A stretch of 64,000 nucleotides of DNA from an uncultured beta proteobacterium (GCA_903920695.1 CAIXNB010000231.1:4580-68579), one strand, 5' to 3'. Counted from the first letter of the stretch, positions 11,936 through 22,420 are shown. Translations and numbers: made by a program. Notes: generated by a model not told the origin, from the sequence alone.

Positions 11936-12019
11936 ACGACAGTCTTTGTCTCAGGGTATTCCCTGCGCTCGTTGCAGCGGCAAGACGTCAACGTAGAGCA
12001 GACCGTTGTCGTTGTAATA

Positions 12020-12045
12020 CGGCATCGTGAAAGATGCCGGCTTTC
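12020..12045 (+). terminator. possible intrinsic terminator after hldD
   Basis: A 7-bp stem CGGCATC-GTGAAA-GATGCCG followed by GCTTTCC. The T-tract is weak. Confidence 0.3.
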
Positions 12046-12087
12046 CGTCCTGTCCTGTTTCCATTTCCAACCTCAAGGAGTCGCTTC

Positions 12088-12444
12088 ATGCTGAAAAAAA
12101 TACTCGTGCTTATCGCCATGCTATACGCCGCAGCCTGCTTTGCTGCAGTCGATGTGAACAAGGCCAACTCGGCCGAACTGGACAGCATCAAGGGAATCGG
12201 CCCCGCCATGTCGGGCAAGATTCTGGATGAGCGGAAAAAGGGAAATTTCAAGGACTGGAGTGACTTCATTGATCGCGTCAAAGGTGTCGGTCAAGCCAAT
12301 GCAGCCAAGTTCTCGGCACAGGGTCTGACCGTCAGCGACACCAGCTACAAACCGGCTGCAGCAACACCGGCCACCGCGAAGAAAGACGCCAAGGGCGAAG
12401 CAGCGAAACCAGCTGCCAGCGCCACCAGTGCCGCCAAGAAATAA
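12088..12444 (+). CDS. ComEA-like helix-hairpin-helix DNA-binding protein (secreted)
   Basis: ATG at 12088 with AAGGAG 6-7 nt upstream. Signal peptide MLKKILVLIAMLYAAACFA, HhH motif DVNKANSAELDSIKGIGPAMSGKILDER, and a Lys/Ala-rich tail. Confidence 0.7.
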   Translation: MLKKILVLIAMLYAAACFAAVDVNKANSAELDSIKGIGPAMSGKILDERKKGNFKDWSDFIDRVKGVGQANAAKFSAQGLTVSDTSYKPAAATPATAKKDAKGEAAKPAASATSAAKK

Positions 12445-12486
12445 AACGCACAGAAACCCGCTCAGACGGGTCCGCCTGGTCCCCTG

Positions 12487-12909
12487 TCAGGCGCGGCCCA
12501 TGATGCAGGCGGTTGCCATCAACTCTTCGAGCAGCGCCAACGATACGCTCCCTGAAACCGAATAGGGATCGAGCACCGGTTTTTCAGCATATTTGAGCAG
12601 GATGGAGGCGTTGATCTTCGACATATTGACCTGCCCCATGGTCCAGCCGCCGAATCGGCGTTCCGATATTTCTTCATAGTGCAACAGCACCAGATCCTTG
12701 TGGCGCGGGTCGCGTTGAATATGACCATACAGTTCGCTGACTGCCATGCGCCCGCCTTCAATGGCCTGCAGGAAAATGCCGCCGCCGTAGCACAGAATGC
12801 CGGTAACACCGCACTCCGGGTTGTGCCGGCGTGACTGGGTCAGGATCGCCTCGATGGCATCACTGCTGGGATCGACCGCACGGCTGGCGTAGAGAAGACG
12901 CACCAACAT
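12487..12909 (-). CDS. short BLUF-domain blue-light photoreceptor protein
   Basis: A 140-aa protein with the BLUF signature residues: Tyr in LVRLLYASRA, Gln in GIFLQAIEG, and Trp/Met in FGGWTMG. There is no fused output domain. Confidence 0.85.
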   Translation of the reverse strand: MLVRLLYASRAVDPSSDAIEAILTQSRRHNPECGVTGILCYGGGIFLQAIEGGRMAVSELYGHIQRDPRHKDLVLLHYEEISERRFGGWTMGQVNMSKINASILLKYAEKPVLDPYSVSGSVSLALLEELMATACIMGRA

Positions 12910-12911
12910 GA

Positions 12912-13679
12912 TCAGCCTTTCTTCGGAATCAAGGAGAGAAACTCACGGCGCAAATTGGAATCCTTGAGGAAGCTGCCACGCATCACTGAATTGATCATTT
13001 TGCTGTCCATGTCCTTGACGCCGCGCCATCCCATGCAGAAATGGGTGGCCTCCATGACGATGGCCAGACCGTCGGGCTGGGTCTTCTGCTGAATCAGATC
13101 CGCCAATTGCACCACGGCTTCTTCCTGAATCTGTGGTCGTCCCATGACCCACTCCGCCAGGCGGGCGTATTTGGACAAACCGATGACGTTCGTGTGTTCG
13201 TTGGGCAATACGCCGATCCAGATCTGGCCGATGACCGGGCACAAATGATGGCTGCAAGCGCTGCGCACGGTGATGGGGCCGACAATCATCAACTCATTGA
13301 GATGTTCCGCATTGGGAAACTCGGTGATCGTGGGGGCCTGGACGTAGCGGCCCCGGAACACCTCATTAACATACATCTTGGCAACCCGGCGCGCCGTCTT
13401 GTCGGAGTTGTGATCATTGTCGGTATCAATCACCAGGCTGCTCAAGACGCCCTGCATCTTCTCTTCGACTTCGTCAAGCAGACGCTCGAGTTCGCCGGGC
13501 TCGATGAAATCGGCAATATTGTCATTGGCATTGAAGCGTTTGCGCGCTGCCATCAGGCGCTCCCGTATCTTGACGGACACCGGCGTGCCCTCATCGGCAT
13601 CGACTGGATTCATGGTGCTTTGACTTTTCATTAACATAGAACAATGGTAGCAGCGTTTTTCCTTTAGGGTTTCTGCCAT
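12912..13679 (-). CDS. folE: GTP cyclohydrolase I
   Basis: FolE type I core motifs VRSACSHHLCPV and EATHFCMGWRGV. The start is uncertain: internal ATGs at 13628 or 13613 would give a more typical length. Confidence 0.85.
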   Translation of the reverse strand: MAETLKEKRCYHCSMLMKSQSTMNPVDADEGTPVSVKIRERLMAARKRFNANDNIADFIEPGELERLLDEVEEKMQGVLSSLVIDTDNDHNSDKTARRVAKMYVNEVFRGRYVQAPTITEFPNAEHLNELMIVGPITVRSACSHHLCPVIGQIWIGVLPNEHTNVIGLSKYARLAEWVMGRPQIQEEAVVQLADLIQQKTQPDGLAIVMEATHFCMGWRGVKDMDSKMINSVMRGSFLKDSNLRREFLSLIPKKG

Positions 13680-13715
13680 CTTCCATCGTTAGAACAGTGA
13701 GCGGGCGCGCCCGAA

Positions 13716-14936
13716 TCAGTAGCGCGTCCCGTTCAGGAAGATCAGGATCTGCGTCAGCCCCAAGGCCACCCGATCAAGAAAACGTTGACGCCAGGGACGA
13801 TGGGCATAGGCGGCAGGCTCGACTCGCACGCTGCCCTCGCTCACTGCCTGTTCCAGCCGTGCGCGCAAGTCACGGGCAAAGGAGATATCCTCCACCACCA
13901 CATTGGCCTCACGGGCCAGCAGAAGACTCAGGGGATCGAGATTGGAAGAACCCACTGTGGCCCAATGGCCGTCGATCACAGCCACCTTGGCATGGTGGAA
14001 ACTCAGGGTGTATTCGTAAATCTCGACACCGGCCGCCAGCAAAGCGCCGTAAATCGGTCGCGTCGCGTGGTACTGCAGAAAGTATTCATAACGCCCTTGC
14101 AGCAACAAACGCACCCGCACGCCACGCTGCGCCGCATGAATCAGCGCCTCGCGCAACTTGCGTCCAGGAAAGAAATAGGCGTTGGCAATGATGACTTCAT
14201 CGCGTGCCGCGCCGATCGCATGCCGGTAACTGCGCTCAATGCGCGAGCGGTTGCGCACGTTGTCGCGCAGCACCAGCGCCGCCTTCACGCCACGACCGAG
14301 ACCACCCGCCGGGAGCACCGCAGCATCGGCGCCACGAGCCTGCAGCGCCAGCGTCACGGCTTCCTGAAGGGCCCGCCAGGCGGCGGGAAAATCACTTTGA
14401 CGTGCAGTACTGGCGGCCTGAAAACGCCACCAGAACTGGAGCGTCGCCTCATGGACCGATTGCACCAAAGGGCCAGTAACCCGCACGGCGAAGTCGAAAC
14501 GCGGCGCCTCCAAAGACCCATGATTGGGGTCATAAAGGTCATCAAGCACGTTGAGCCCCCCGCAAAATGCCACCCGGCCATCAACGACGCACAGTTTTCG
14601 GTGCAGCCGCCGCCAGCGGCTCGGAATCAACACCCCCAAACGCCCCAGCGGCAAGAAGATTCGCCACTTCACGCCAGCCTGGTTAAAGCGGTTAACCCAT
14701 TGCAGTGGCAACTCTGGCGTGCCGACGCCGTCCATCACCAGGTAAACCGAAACACCGCGCTGCCCGGCCCGCTCCAATGCCTCTGCAACCTGCGCCCCCG
14801 CCGCGACAACATCGAAGATGTAAGTCTCCAGCCGGACTTCATGTGTGCTGCCATCGATGGCCTCGATCAGCGACGGAAAAAAAGCCTGCCCGCCCTGCAA
14901 CAGTTGAACCTGATGACCCGACACAAGTGGCGGCAT
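13716..14936 (-). CDS. clsB: phospholipase D-family cardiolipin synthase (ClsB-like)
   Basis: Two HKD motifs (LHRKLCVVDGRVAFCGGLN and HHAKVAVIDGHWATVGSSNLD). I chose the ATG at 14936 (MPPLVSGHQVQLLQGG). The track start at 15053 would overlap the upstream gene by 79 nt. Confidence 0.8.
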   Translation of the reverse strand: MPPLVSGHQVQLLQGGQAFFPSLIEAIDGSTHEVRLETYIFDVVAAGAQVAEALERAGQRGVSVYLVMDGVGTPELPLQWVNRFNQAGVKWRIFLPLGRLGVLIPSRWRRLHRKLCVVDGRVAFCGGLNVLDDLYDPNHGSLEAPRFDFAVRVTGPLVQSVHEATLQFWWRFQAASTARQSDFPAAWRALQEAVTLALQARGADAAVLPAGGLGRGVKAALVLRDNVRNRSRIERSYRHAIGAARDEVIIANAYFFPGRKLREALIHAAQRGVRVRLLLQGRYEYFLQYHATRPIYGALLAAGVEIYEYTLSFHHAKVAVIDGHWATVGSSNLDPLSLLLAREANVVVEDISFARDLRARLEQAVSEGSVRVEPAAYAHRPWRQRFLDRVALGLTQILIFLNGTRY

Positions 14937-14974
14937 GGCTTTCAAGATGCTGTCCCAGTACTTGCGCCGCGACG

Positions 14975-15733
14975 CTATGACCGATCCGAAGCGAGCGGAG
15001 TCGTCGGCAGATCGAACTCGGCAATCATCGGCAAATGGTCCGACATGCGCCACCAGATGCGGCCATGGGGCACATGAACCGCCTTGGGCGTCAACCCTCT
15101 GGCAAAGACGTAGTCGAGTTGCACCATCGGCAAGCGGGCTGGGAAAGTCGCTTGCCGCGGACCTTTGAAGGTCCTCAAATGCGTCGCAGCCAAAGCACGT
15201 TCGGTTTGAGCACCCCAGTCATTGAAGTCACCCGCCATCAGCAAGGGCGCGTCGGCCGGCACCTCGCGCTCGATAAAGCGCTGCAGCTGCGCCACCTGAC
15301 GGGCGCGGCTGCCCCGAATCAGGCCGAGGTGCACCACCAGCACGTGCACCGCCCGGTCGTGCACCAAAAGCTCGACGTGCAGCAGACCGCGCTGCTCAAA
15401 TCGATGATCGGAAATATCTTCGTGCTGATGTGACAGCACCGGCCAGCGTGACAACAGTGCGTTGCCATGCTCGCCGTATCGGGTGAAGGCATTGGTGCGA
15501 TAAACCACATCATAGCCTTCGGGCGCCAGGAATTCAGCTTGTGGCAGGTCCGGCCAATGCGGGAAATGCTGTTCTTCGCGACGATGCACCTTGCGCACCT
15601 CCTGCAGGCACACGATGTCAGCATCGAGTTGCTCGACCGCATGGCCGAGGTTATGGATTTCCAATCTGCGCTGCGGCCCGACGCCCTGCACGCCCTTGTG
15701 AATGTTGTAGGTGGCGACACGAACGGTATTCAT
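14975..15733 (-). CDS. endonuclease/exonuclease/phosphatase (EEP) family protein (YbhP-like)
   Basis: VATYNIHKG, CLQEV and the C-terminal SDHLPMIAEF motif. Pairing of an EEP gene with a clsB-type gene is also seen in E. coli (ybhP-clsB). ATG at 15733 overlaps the nudB stop (ATGA). Confidence 0.8.
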   Translation of the reverse strand: MNTVRVATYNIHKGVQGVGPQRRLEIHNLGHAVEQLDADIVCLQEVRKVHRREEQHFPHWPDLPQAEFLAPEGYDVVYRTNAFTRYGEHGNALLSRWPVLSHQHEDISDHRFEQRGLLHVELLVHDRAVHVLVVHLGLIRGSRARQVAQLQRFIEREVPADAPLLMAGDFNDWGAQTERALAATHLRTFKGPRQATFPARLPMVQLDYVFARGLTPKAVHVPHGRIWWRMSDHLPMIAEFDLPTTPLASDRS

Positions 15734-16209
15734 GCTGAGCCCTTTGCTGCGCACATTCTTGGCAACAGCAGGCAGGCCTCGGCGTTGGAGGGTGAATAAC
15801 AGGCCTGCGCCGCCGCCTGGTAGGGTAACCACTGGTAAGCCGTGTGTTCGCGCGGGCTCAGGCAGACCCGGGTCCCGGCCGGCACCTGCAGGCCGAACAG
15901 ATGTTCGGTGTTGTGCTTCACATCGGGCGCGTAGCGGTGCCGCCAGCCCGGATAGATTTCGTAGACATTTTCAAGCTGCCAGTCGAGCAAGCCGGCGGCC
16001 AGCGGCGTGCCAGGCCCGCAGTAAATCCCGGTTTCTTCCTGTACCTCGCGCACCGCGGTTTGCGCAAACGACTCGTCGGGCGTGTCCTTGGCTCCGGTAA
16101 CGGATTGCCAGAAATCCACAGCATCGGTTCTCTTGATGAGCAGGACGTCGAGCGACGGGGTAAAAATCACCACCAGAACCGATTGCGGAATCTTGAAAAT
16201 TTGGGTCAT
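15730..16209 (-). CDS. nudB: Nudix hydrolase, dihydroneopterin triphosphate diphosphatase-like
   Basis: The N-terminus SVLVVIFT...LLIKR...FWQSVTG and the Nudix box REVQEETGI closely resemble NudB. It lies downstream of aspS, as in many proteobacteria. Confidence 0.75.
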   Translation of the reverse strand: MTQIFKIPQSVLVVIFTPSLDVLLIKRTDAVDFWQSVTGAKDTPDESFAQTAVREVQEETGIYCGPGTPLAAGLLDWQLENVYEIYPGWRHRYAPDVKHNTEHLFGLQVPAGTRVCLSPREHTAYQWLPYQAAAQACYSPSNAEACLLLPRMCAAKGSA

Positions 16210-16238
16210 AAAAAAAGGACGCTACCTGAGCGTCCTTT
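16210..16238 (-). terminator. rho-independent terminator after aspS
   Basis: On the minus strand there is a perfect 9-bp stem AAAGGACGC-TCAGGTA-GCGTCCTTT followed by a T-run (7 consecutive T counting the stem end). The T-run runs directly into the nudB ATG. Confidence 0.7.
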
Positions 16239-16269
16239 CATTCTGCCTGAAGCGCAGAGCGGAAGTTGA

Positions 16270-18084
16270 TCAAGCCACCTTTGCAGGCTCGACCGTGCGC
16301 AAGCGGATGTGCAGTTCACGCAACTGCTTCTCTTCCACCAGCGACGGTGCCTGCGTCAGCAGACATTGGGCGCGCTGGGTCTTCGGGAAGGCAATCACAT
16401 CGCGGATCGACTCGGCACCGGTCATCAGAGTGATGATGCGGTCCAGGCCGAAGGCCAAGCCGCCATGGGGCGGCGCACCGTACTGCAGGGCGTCGAGCAG
16501 AAAGCCGAATTTGTCCTGCGCTTCAGCCGGCGTGATCTTCAAGGCATCAAACACCTTTTGCTGCACATCGGCGCGATGGATACGCACCGAGCCACCGCCC
16601 ATCTCCCAGCCATTCAAAACCATGTCGTAGCCCTGGGAAATGCATTTTTCCGGTGCTGTGACCATCCAGTCTTCATGACCCTCCTTGGGTGCCGTGAAAG
16701 GATGGTGGGTGGCGGTGTAACGCTGCGACTCGTCGTCATACTCGAACATCGGGAAGTCGACCACCCACATCGGACGCCATCCTTTTTCAAACAAGGCATT
16801 CTTCTTGCCAAACTCGCTGTGACCAATCTTGATGCGCAGGGCACCGATGGCATCATTCACAATTTTGACCTTGTCAGCCCCAAAGAAGATCAGGTCGCCT
16901 TCCTGTGCACCGGTGCGCTTGAGCACCTCGGCCAGTGCCTTGTCATGAAGGTTCTTGACGATCGGGCTTTGCAGGCCGTCACGCCCCTTGGCCAAGTCGT
17001 TGACCTTGATATAGGCCAATCCCTTGGCGCCATAGATCTTCACAAACTCGCCGTAGGCATCGATCTCGCCGCGGCTCAGGCCACCGGACTCGCGCGCGCC
17101 ACCTGGCACGCGAAGACCGACGACCCGGCCGCCGGTCATGGTCGCAGCGGCGGCAAACACCTTGAAATCCACATCGGTCATGACATCGGTCAGTTCGGTG
17201 AATTCAAGCTTGACACGCAAATCGGGTTTATCGGATCCATAACGCTGCGCAGCTTCGCCGTAGGTCATCACCGGAAATTCACCGAGATCGACGTTCATGG
17301 TGGTCTTGAACACGGTCGTGATCAGGCTCTGGAACATGTCACGGATTTCCTGCTCGCTCAGGAACGAGGTCTCGATATCGATCTGCGTGAACTCGGGTTG
17401 ACGGTCGGCGCGCAAGTCTTCATCGCGAAAGCACTTGGTGATCTGGTAGTAACGATCATAGCCGGCAACCATCAGCAACTGCTTGAACAACTGGGGGCTT
17501 TGCGGCAGGGCAAAGAAATGCCCGGCGTGAACGCGGCTGGGTACCAGGTAGTCGCGCGCGCCTTCCGGCGTGGACTTGCCCAGCATCGGGGTTTCAATGT
17601 CGATAAAGCCATTGGCATCCAAAAACTTGCGAACTTCCATGGAAACGCGGTAGCGCAGCATCAGGTTGTTCTGCATGTAAGGACGGCGCAGATCGAGTAC
17701 CCGGTGCGTTAGACGCGTAGTCTCGCTCAGGCCTTCGTCGTCGAGTTGGAACGGCGGTGTGACCGATGGGTTGAGCACCGTCAATTCGTGACACAAGACC
17801 TCAACCTTGCCACTCTTGAGGTTGTCGTTGGTGGTACCCGACGGACGCGCGCGCACCAGGCCCTTGACCTGAATGCAAAACTCGTTGCGAAGTCCTTCAG
17901 CGGTTGCAAACATCTCGGCACGGTCCGGGTCGCAGACGACCTGGACATAACCTTCGCGATCACGAATATCAACAAAAATCACACCGCCGTGATCACGCCG
18001 ACGGTTGACCCAACCGCACAGGCTGACGGTTTGACCCAGGAGGGCTTCGGTCACGAGACCGCAATAATGGGAGCGCATGGCCAT
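16270..18084 (-). CDS. aspS: aspartate--tRNA ligase
   Basis: A 604-aa class IIb aaRS: an N-terminal OB anticodon-binding domain, motif 2 [18 protein letters not shown], and motif 3 [10 protein letters not shown]. Confidence 0.95.
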   Translation of the reverse strand: MAMRSHYCGLVTEALLGQTVSLCGWVNRRRDHGGVIFVDIRDREGYVQVVCDPDRAEMFATAEGLRNEFCIQVKGLVRARPSGTTNDNLKSGKVEVLCHELTVLNPSVTPPFQLDDEGLSETTRLTHRVLDLRRPYMQNNLMLRYRVSMEVRKFLDANGFIDIETPMLGKSTPEGARDYLVPSRVHAGHFFALPQSPQLFKQLLMVAGYDRYYQITKCFRDEDLRADRQPEFTQIDIETSFLSEQEIRDMFQSLITTVFKTTMNVDLGEFPVMTYGEAAQRYGSDKPDLRVKLEFTELTDVMTDVDFKVFAAAATMTGGRVVGLRVPGGARESGGLSRGEIDAYGEFVKIYGAKGLAYIKVNDLAKGRDGLQSPIVKNLHDKALAEVLKRTGAQEGDLIFFGADKVKIVNDAIGALRIKIGHSEFGKKNALFEKGWRPMWVVDFPMFEYDDESQRYTATHHPFTAPKEGHEDWMVTAPEKCISQGYDMVLNGWEMGGGSVRIHRADVQQKVFDALKITPAEAQDKFGFLLDALQYGAPPHGGLAFGLDRIITLMTGAESIRDVIAFPKTQRAQCLLTQAPSLVEEKQLRELHIRLRTVEPAKVA

Positions 18085-18134
18085 AGAAAACTTTCAACGC
18101 CGCCCCTGAGAGACGGCACAGGTTGGTGAATAAA

Positions 18135-18776
18135 CTATTTTGGAGAATTACTGACGGCAAGCTGTGGTGGCACCGATCCCATGGAAATCACATAGGTTAG
18201 TGCTTCGTCAACGCTCATACGCAATTCAATAACTTCAGAACGCGGCAGCATCAGGAAAAAACCACTGGTCGGATTCGGTGTGGTGGGCACGTACACACTG
18301 ACAAAATCCGAACCGAGATAGCCGGCAACCTCGCCGCTCGGGGATCCGGTCTGAAACGCAATCGTCCAGGACCCCGCACGCGGGTACTGAACCAGCATGG
18401 CTTTACGAAACGCATTGCCATTGCTGGAAAAAAGTGTGTCCGACACTTTTTTCACACTGTTGTAGATCGACTTGAAAACCGGAATATGGGTGAACAGGCG
18501 GTCCCACTGCGCCAGCCACCAGCGGCCTGCAACATTGGAAACCAAGGCACCGGTTACCAGCAAGGCGGAAAAAACCAACACCACACCCAAACCGGGAATG
18601 CCACGCAGTTGTGTCAGGAAATTGCGGGTCGAATCCGGCGTCAGCGCGCCAACGCCCGTCAGAAAGCCACCAAGAATCGCATCGAGCACACCCACCAGCC
18701 ACAACAAAACCCACAGGGTGATGGCAAGTGGCAGCCAGACCAACAGGCCGGTAAGCAGGTACTTCTTTATTGGCAC
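18135..18776 (-). CDS. DUF502 family membrane protein
   Basis: Two N-terminal TM helices (LLTGLLVWLPLAITLWVLLWLV; GLGVVLVFSALLVTGALV) followed by the conserved IPVFKSIYNSVKKV segment. GTG start. Confidence 0.7.
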   Translation of the reverse strand: MPIKKYLLTGLLVWLPLAITLWVLLWLVGVLDAILGGFLTGVGALTPDSTRNFLTQLRGIPGLGVVLVFSALLVTGALVSNVAGRWWLAQWDRLFTHIPVFKSIYNSVKKVSDTLFSSNGNAFRKAMLVQYPRAGSWTIAFQTGSPSGEVAGYLGSDFVSVYVPTTPNPTSGFFLMLPRSEVIELRMSVDEALTYVISMGSVPPQLAVSNSPK

Positions 18777-18806
18777 AAGAATTCCAGGTATTTGCGCGCC
18801 AAAGGG

Positions 18807-19133
18807 TCAGTGGCAGCTGCAGGAGCCGCCGCAACCACCAGCCGCCGGCGCTGCAGATTCGGTCTTGGCCGCCACAGGCTCGCTCGACTTGCCGCCTTCA
18901 GCCGCTGGCGCAGCAGCACCAGTCGTCGAAGTGGAGGCAGCAGACCCTGAGCCACCCTTGAAGTCTGTGGCATACCAGCCGGAACCCTTGAGTTGAAAAC
19001 CAGCTGCGGTCAGTTGCTTCTTGAAAGTCGCCGCCGCACAGGACGGGCAGACTGTCAGGGGAGCATCCGACATTTTCTGCAACACGTCCTTGGCAAAGCC
19101 GCAGGACTCACATTTGTACGCGTAAATTGGCAT
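18807..19133 (-). CDS. FmdB-family zinc-ribbon protein
   Basis: MPIYAYKCESCGF...CPSC zinc-ribbon signature (CxxC-x-CxxC), a low-complexity Gly/Ala/Ser linker and a Cys-rich C-terminus. Confidence 0.75.
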   Translation of the reverse strand: MPIYAYKCESCGFAKDVLQKMSDAPLTVCPSCAAATFKKQLTAAGFQLKGSGWYATDFKGGSGSAASTSTTGAAAPAAEGGKSSEPVAAKTESAAPAAGGCGGSCSCH

Positions 19134-19215
19134 GGCTATGAGGCTTAGTTTTCAAGCTGCAAAGCATTGAATTATAAGGCGTCGGCTCCTGAGGGCCGCC
19201 TAGTGAAGCGCGGGC

Positions 19216-20781
19216 CTAGAAAAGCCGAACCCGGATGATCAATTGCATGACCACCAGTCCGAGTAAGAAACCGATACAGCCGTTGACCAGCATCCTGAGC
19301 AGGCGGTTGGTCCGTTTTTGCTCCACCAGCAACTGTTCCAGCGTGCGATCCGGTCCAGTGCGGTGACCTTGGAGAAAATCAAACAGCAAACGTGGCAACT
19401 CCGGCAGCATCTTGGCGTACAGCGGGGCCTCATTGCGCAACTGATCAATGAGCTTCTTGGGACCGAGCTGGTCGATCATCCATTGCTCCAGAAACGGTTT
19501 GGCAGTGCTCCAGAGGTCGAGATCCGGGTCCAGTTGGCGCCCCAGGCCTTCAATGTTGAGCAGCGTCTTCTGCAACAGAACCAACTGCGGCTGAATCTCG
19601 ACCGAAAAACGCCGCGACGTCTGAAACAGTCGCATCAACACCAGTCCGAGCGAGAAGTCCTTGAGTGGCCGGTCAAAATAAGGCTCGCAAACGGAGCGGA
19701 TCGCCGATTCGAGTTCGTCCACCCGCGTCGCCGCAGGCACCCAGCCCGACTCGATGTGCAGTTCCGCCACCCGTTTGTAATCACGCCGGAAGAATGCGGT
19801 GAAATTCTGCGCCAAGTATTCCTTGTCAGAGCGGGTCAAGGTACCGATGATGCCGAAATCGAGCGAAATGTAACGCCCGAACGTGGCGGGTTCGATACTG
19901 ACCTGAATGTTGCCAGGGTGCATGTCGGCGTGAAAAAATCCGTCCCGAAACACCTGGGTAAAGAAGATCGTGACGCCGTCACGGGCCAGCTTCGGTATAT
20001 CAACCCCGGCCGCACGCAAACGCTCGACCTGGCTCACGGGAACCCCATGCATGCGCTCCATGACGATGACATCGGGCATGCAGTAGTCCCAGAACATCTC
20101 CGGAACCAGCACCAGATCAAGCCCGGCCATGTTGCGTCGCAACTGTGCAGCACTGGCTGCTTCCCGCACCAGATCGAGTTCGTCATGCAGGTATTTGTCG
20201 AACTCCGCCACCACTTCACGTGGCTTGAGACGCCGCCCGACGCTCGAAATGCCATCGACCCAACCGGCCATCAAACGCATCAGGCTCAGGTCTTTTTCAA
20301 TGGCAGCCAGCATGCCCGGACGCAGCACCTTGACGGCGACCTCGCGCGCCTGTCCGTCGCGATCCTTCAGCACGCCAAAATGAACCTGCGCGATTGATGC
20401 GCTGGCGATCGGTTCGCGCTCAAATGAAATGAAGATGTCTTCCAGCTTCTTCCCGAACGAGCGCTCGATGGTGGCGATCGCGACTTCGCTCGGGAACGGC
20501 GGCACCCGGTCCTGCAGCTTTGCCAACTCGTCGGCAATGTCCTTGGGCAAGAGGTCACGGCGGGTTGAGAGCACCTGCCCGAATTTCACAAAGATGGGGC
20601 CCAATCGCTCCAACGCCTGGCGAATGCGTTGACCCGGCGATGCCTCCAGATTCCGCCCCAGCGCCAGAATTCTGGCCAGCACATTCAGGCTGGGTCGTTG
20701 CAGACTGGTCAACAGCAGCTGGTCCAGACCATAACGAAAGAGGACCCAGAGAATAAAGGCACCCCGGTACAGACGCCTCAT
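19216..20781 (-). CDS. ubiB: ubiquinone biosynthesis regulatory protein kinase UbiB (ABC1 family)
   Basis: ABC1 atypical kinase motifs ([23 protein letters not shown]) and C-terminal TM helices. It sits in the ubiE-ubiJ-ubiB cluster. Confidence 0.9.
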   Translation of the reverse strand: MRRLYRGAFILWVLFRYGLDQLLLTSLQRPSLNVLARILALGRNLEASPGQRIRQALERLGPIFVKFGQVLSTRRDLLPKDIADELAKLQDRVPPFPSEVAIATIERSFGKKLEDIFISFEREPIASASIAQVHFGVLKDRDGQAREVAVKVLRPGMLAAIEKDLSLMRLMAGWVDGISSVGRRLKPREVVAEFDKYLHDELDLVREAASAAQLRRNMAGLDLVLVPEMFWDYCMPDVIVMERMHGVPVSQVERLRAAGVDIPKLARDGVTIFFTQVFRDGFFHADMHPGNIQVSIEPATFGRYISLDFGIIGTLTRSDKEYLAQNFTAFFRRDYKRVAELHIESGWVPAATRVDELESAIRSVCEPYFDRPLKDFSLGLVLMRLFQTSRRFSVEIQPQLVLLQKTLLNIEGLGRQLDPDLDLWSTAKPFLEQWMIDQLGPKKLIDQLRNEAPLYAKMLPELPRLLFDFLQGHRTGPDRTLEQLLVEQKRTNRLLRMLVNGCIGFLLGLVVMQLIIRVRLF

Positions 20782-21329
20782 GTCTGGGCCTTGCCGGGAC
20801 TACCCGTTGACACCGTGCCAATAAACTGCTGCAGAGCCCTGGCCATGGCGCGCGCTGCTTCGCTCAGGGAATGTGCCGGCACATCGCCGATCACGCGCGC
20901 GAGGTCTTCCTCGATGTCCCAGCGGACATGATCCGCCAGCCAGTTGACTTCAGCCGCCAGTTGCACATCACCGGCAATCCGCACCGCGGGTCGGGTGCCG
21001 CGCAGCAAACCTTGCGCCAGGCTCAAGGGAGAGTCTTCGGTCAGTGCCAGCACCAGATCGGCCGCGGCACTGGCTGCAGCCTGGTCGAGCAGACCAGCCG
21101 GCGTGGCCACCAAACGCATGGAAAAAGAGCGCCATTGCAGTTGCACGACGCGGCCTTTCTGCCGCGCCAGTCGGCTTGTCGCCTCGGTCTCCTGATTCAG
21201 AATATGGTTCAGCAGCAAGACAATGCGGCGCTGAACCTCCTCTCGCGCCCATTCTGGCGGCTGTAAATCGGGAAGGGGAAGTGTTTTGAGAAAACCTTCG
21301 AGCAATAAAAAGGGGGACTGTGTTGCCAT
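20778..21329 (-). CDS. ubiJ: SCP2-domain ubiquinone biosynthesis accessory factor UbiJ-like
   Basis: The size (183 aa), the position immediately upstream of ubiB with a 4-nt stop/start overlap, and the hydrophobic SCP2-like N-terminal half support the call. The call rests mainly on context. Confidence 0.6.
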   Translation of the reverse strand: MATQSPFLLLEGFLKTLPLPDLQPPEWAREEVQRRIVLLLNHILNQETEATSRLARQKGRVVQLQWRSFSMRLVATPAGLLDQAAASAAADLVLALTEDSPLSLAQGLLRGTRPAVRIAGDVQLAAEVNWLADHVRWDIEEDLARVIGDVPAHSLSEAARAMARALQQFIGTVSTGSPGKAQT

Positions 21330-21385
21330 AGCCCTCTATTATTCCCTGAATCGCCGCGCGCCTGGGCGCCAAGCTCACAAACTCA

Positions 21386-22354
21386 CTATTGCAGGGCTTG
21401 CACGCCCGCCACCAGCCAGCCGCTCTTCCCACTCTTGGGCTTAATCATGTTCCAGACTTCGCGGAACGGACTCGGGCCGGCCGAAGCTTCTTCACGGATC
21501 ATGCCGGAGAACTCGACGCTGGCCATGTATTCGTCACCCACGTCCTCAATACCCAGCAATTGGGCTTCGATCATCACCACCTCAGTCAGGTTGCCCGACT
21601 TGCCGGGTTGATTTTCGCGTTCCGCCAGTTGGGCCTGGATTTCCTGCAGCATGCTGTCGGTCATCATGACGCGCAGGGCATTGATATCGGACTTGTCCCA
21701 GGCCGCCTGCAAGGACACAAAATTCGCCTTGGCCGACACTAGAAACCCCTGGACATCAAAGCCGGCTGGAATGCCCCAACTTTGCGAACCAGTTAAACCA
21801 GAACCTATCAATGACCCCGAGACCTGCGGCGGTTTGAGCATGTCGAAAGTCGAACTGCTACGTTCCCAAGGCCGGGCCGAAGCGTCATTGCCGACATTTT
21901 CTGGTCGGTAGCTCAGCGGCGCCGGAACGATGCTGCCGGGTGAGGCCCCCTGAAACGAAAACGGCGAACCCCCGGCTTGCCCCTCTTGCACTGCTCTACG
22001 CGAGCGCATGAAGCGCCCGACCAGCGCCATGATCACCAGCGCCAGCAGGGCAAACAACAGGAACTGGGCAATCGCGCCACCGCCCATGCCCAGGGAACTG
22101 GCCAGCCAGGCCAAGCCCAGACCCGCCGCCAGACCGCCAAGCATGGCACCCCATGGCTTCCTGGGCGGAACCACTGCCGGGGCGGCCGGCGCAGGCACTG
22201 CTGGCTTGACCGCGTTTTGCGCTGGTGCTGCCTGACGCTGTGTGACATTGCTGGATTGGCGGCCAACCGACCTGCCACCTCCGAGCCGAGCCGCCTCGGC
22301 GCTGACACCTGCCAGCAGCAGAAAAACCGTCAATACCAAGGTCCAGAATCTCAT
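21386..22354 (-). CDS. Tim44-like domain-containing membrane protein
   Basis: A signal/TM segment, a Pro/Ala-rich linker, a second TM cluster and a C-terminal Tim44/NTF2-like region (FDVQGFLVSAKANFVSLQAAWDKSDINALRVMMTD). Its position between ubiE and ubiJ is conserved in Betaproteobacteria. Confidence 0.7.
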   Translation of the reverse strand: MRFWTLVLTVFLLLAGVSAEAARLGGGRSVGRQSSNVTQRQAAPAQNAVKPAVPAPAAPAVVPPRKPWGAMLGGLAAGLGLAWLASSLGMGGGAIAQFLLFALLALVIMALVGRFMRSRRAVQEGQAGGSPFSFQGASPGSIVPAPLSYRPENVGNDASARPWERSSSTFDMLKPPQVSGSLIGSGLTGSQSWGIPAGFDVQGFLVSAKANFVSLQAAWDKSDINALRVMMTDSMLQEIQAQLAERENQPGKSGNLTEVVMIEAQLLGIEDVGDEYMASVEFSGMIREEASAGPSPFREVWNMIKPKSGKSGWLVAGVQALQ

Positions 22355-22420
22355 TCAATCTCCAGTTGGTTTTTATATCTAAGGGCCGAACTCAAAAGCA
22401 CAAGCGTTAGTGCAGTTGTA

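Noticed and set aside
13785-15077. 430-aa ORF on the plus strand opposite clsB and the EEP gene.
   Set aside because: It is an antisense shadow ORF typical of GC-rich DNA. The translation is Arg/Gln/His/Pro-rich with no domain features. The opposite strand carries HKD and EEP motifs.
16309-17712. 467-aa ORF on the plus strand inside aspS.
   Set aside because: It is a mirror frame of a clearly recognisable class II aminoacyl-tRNA synthetase gene. Its composition is not protein-like.
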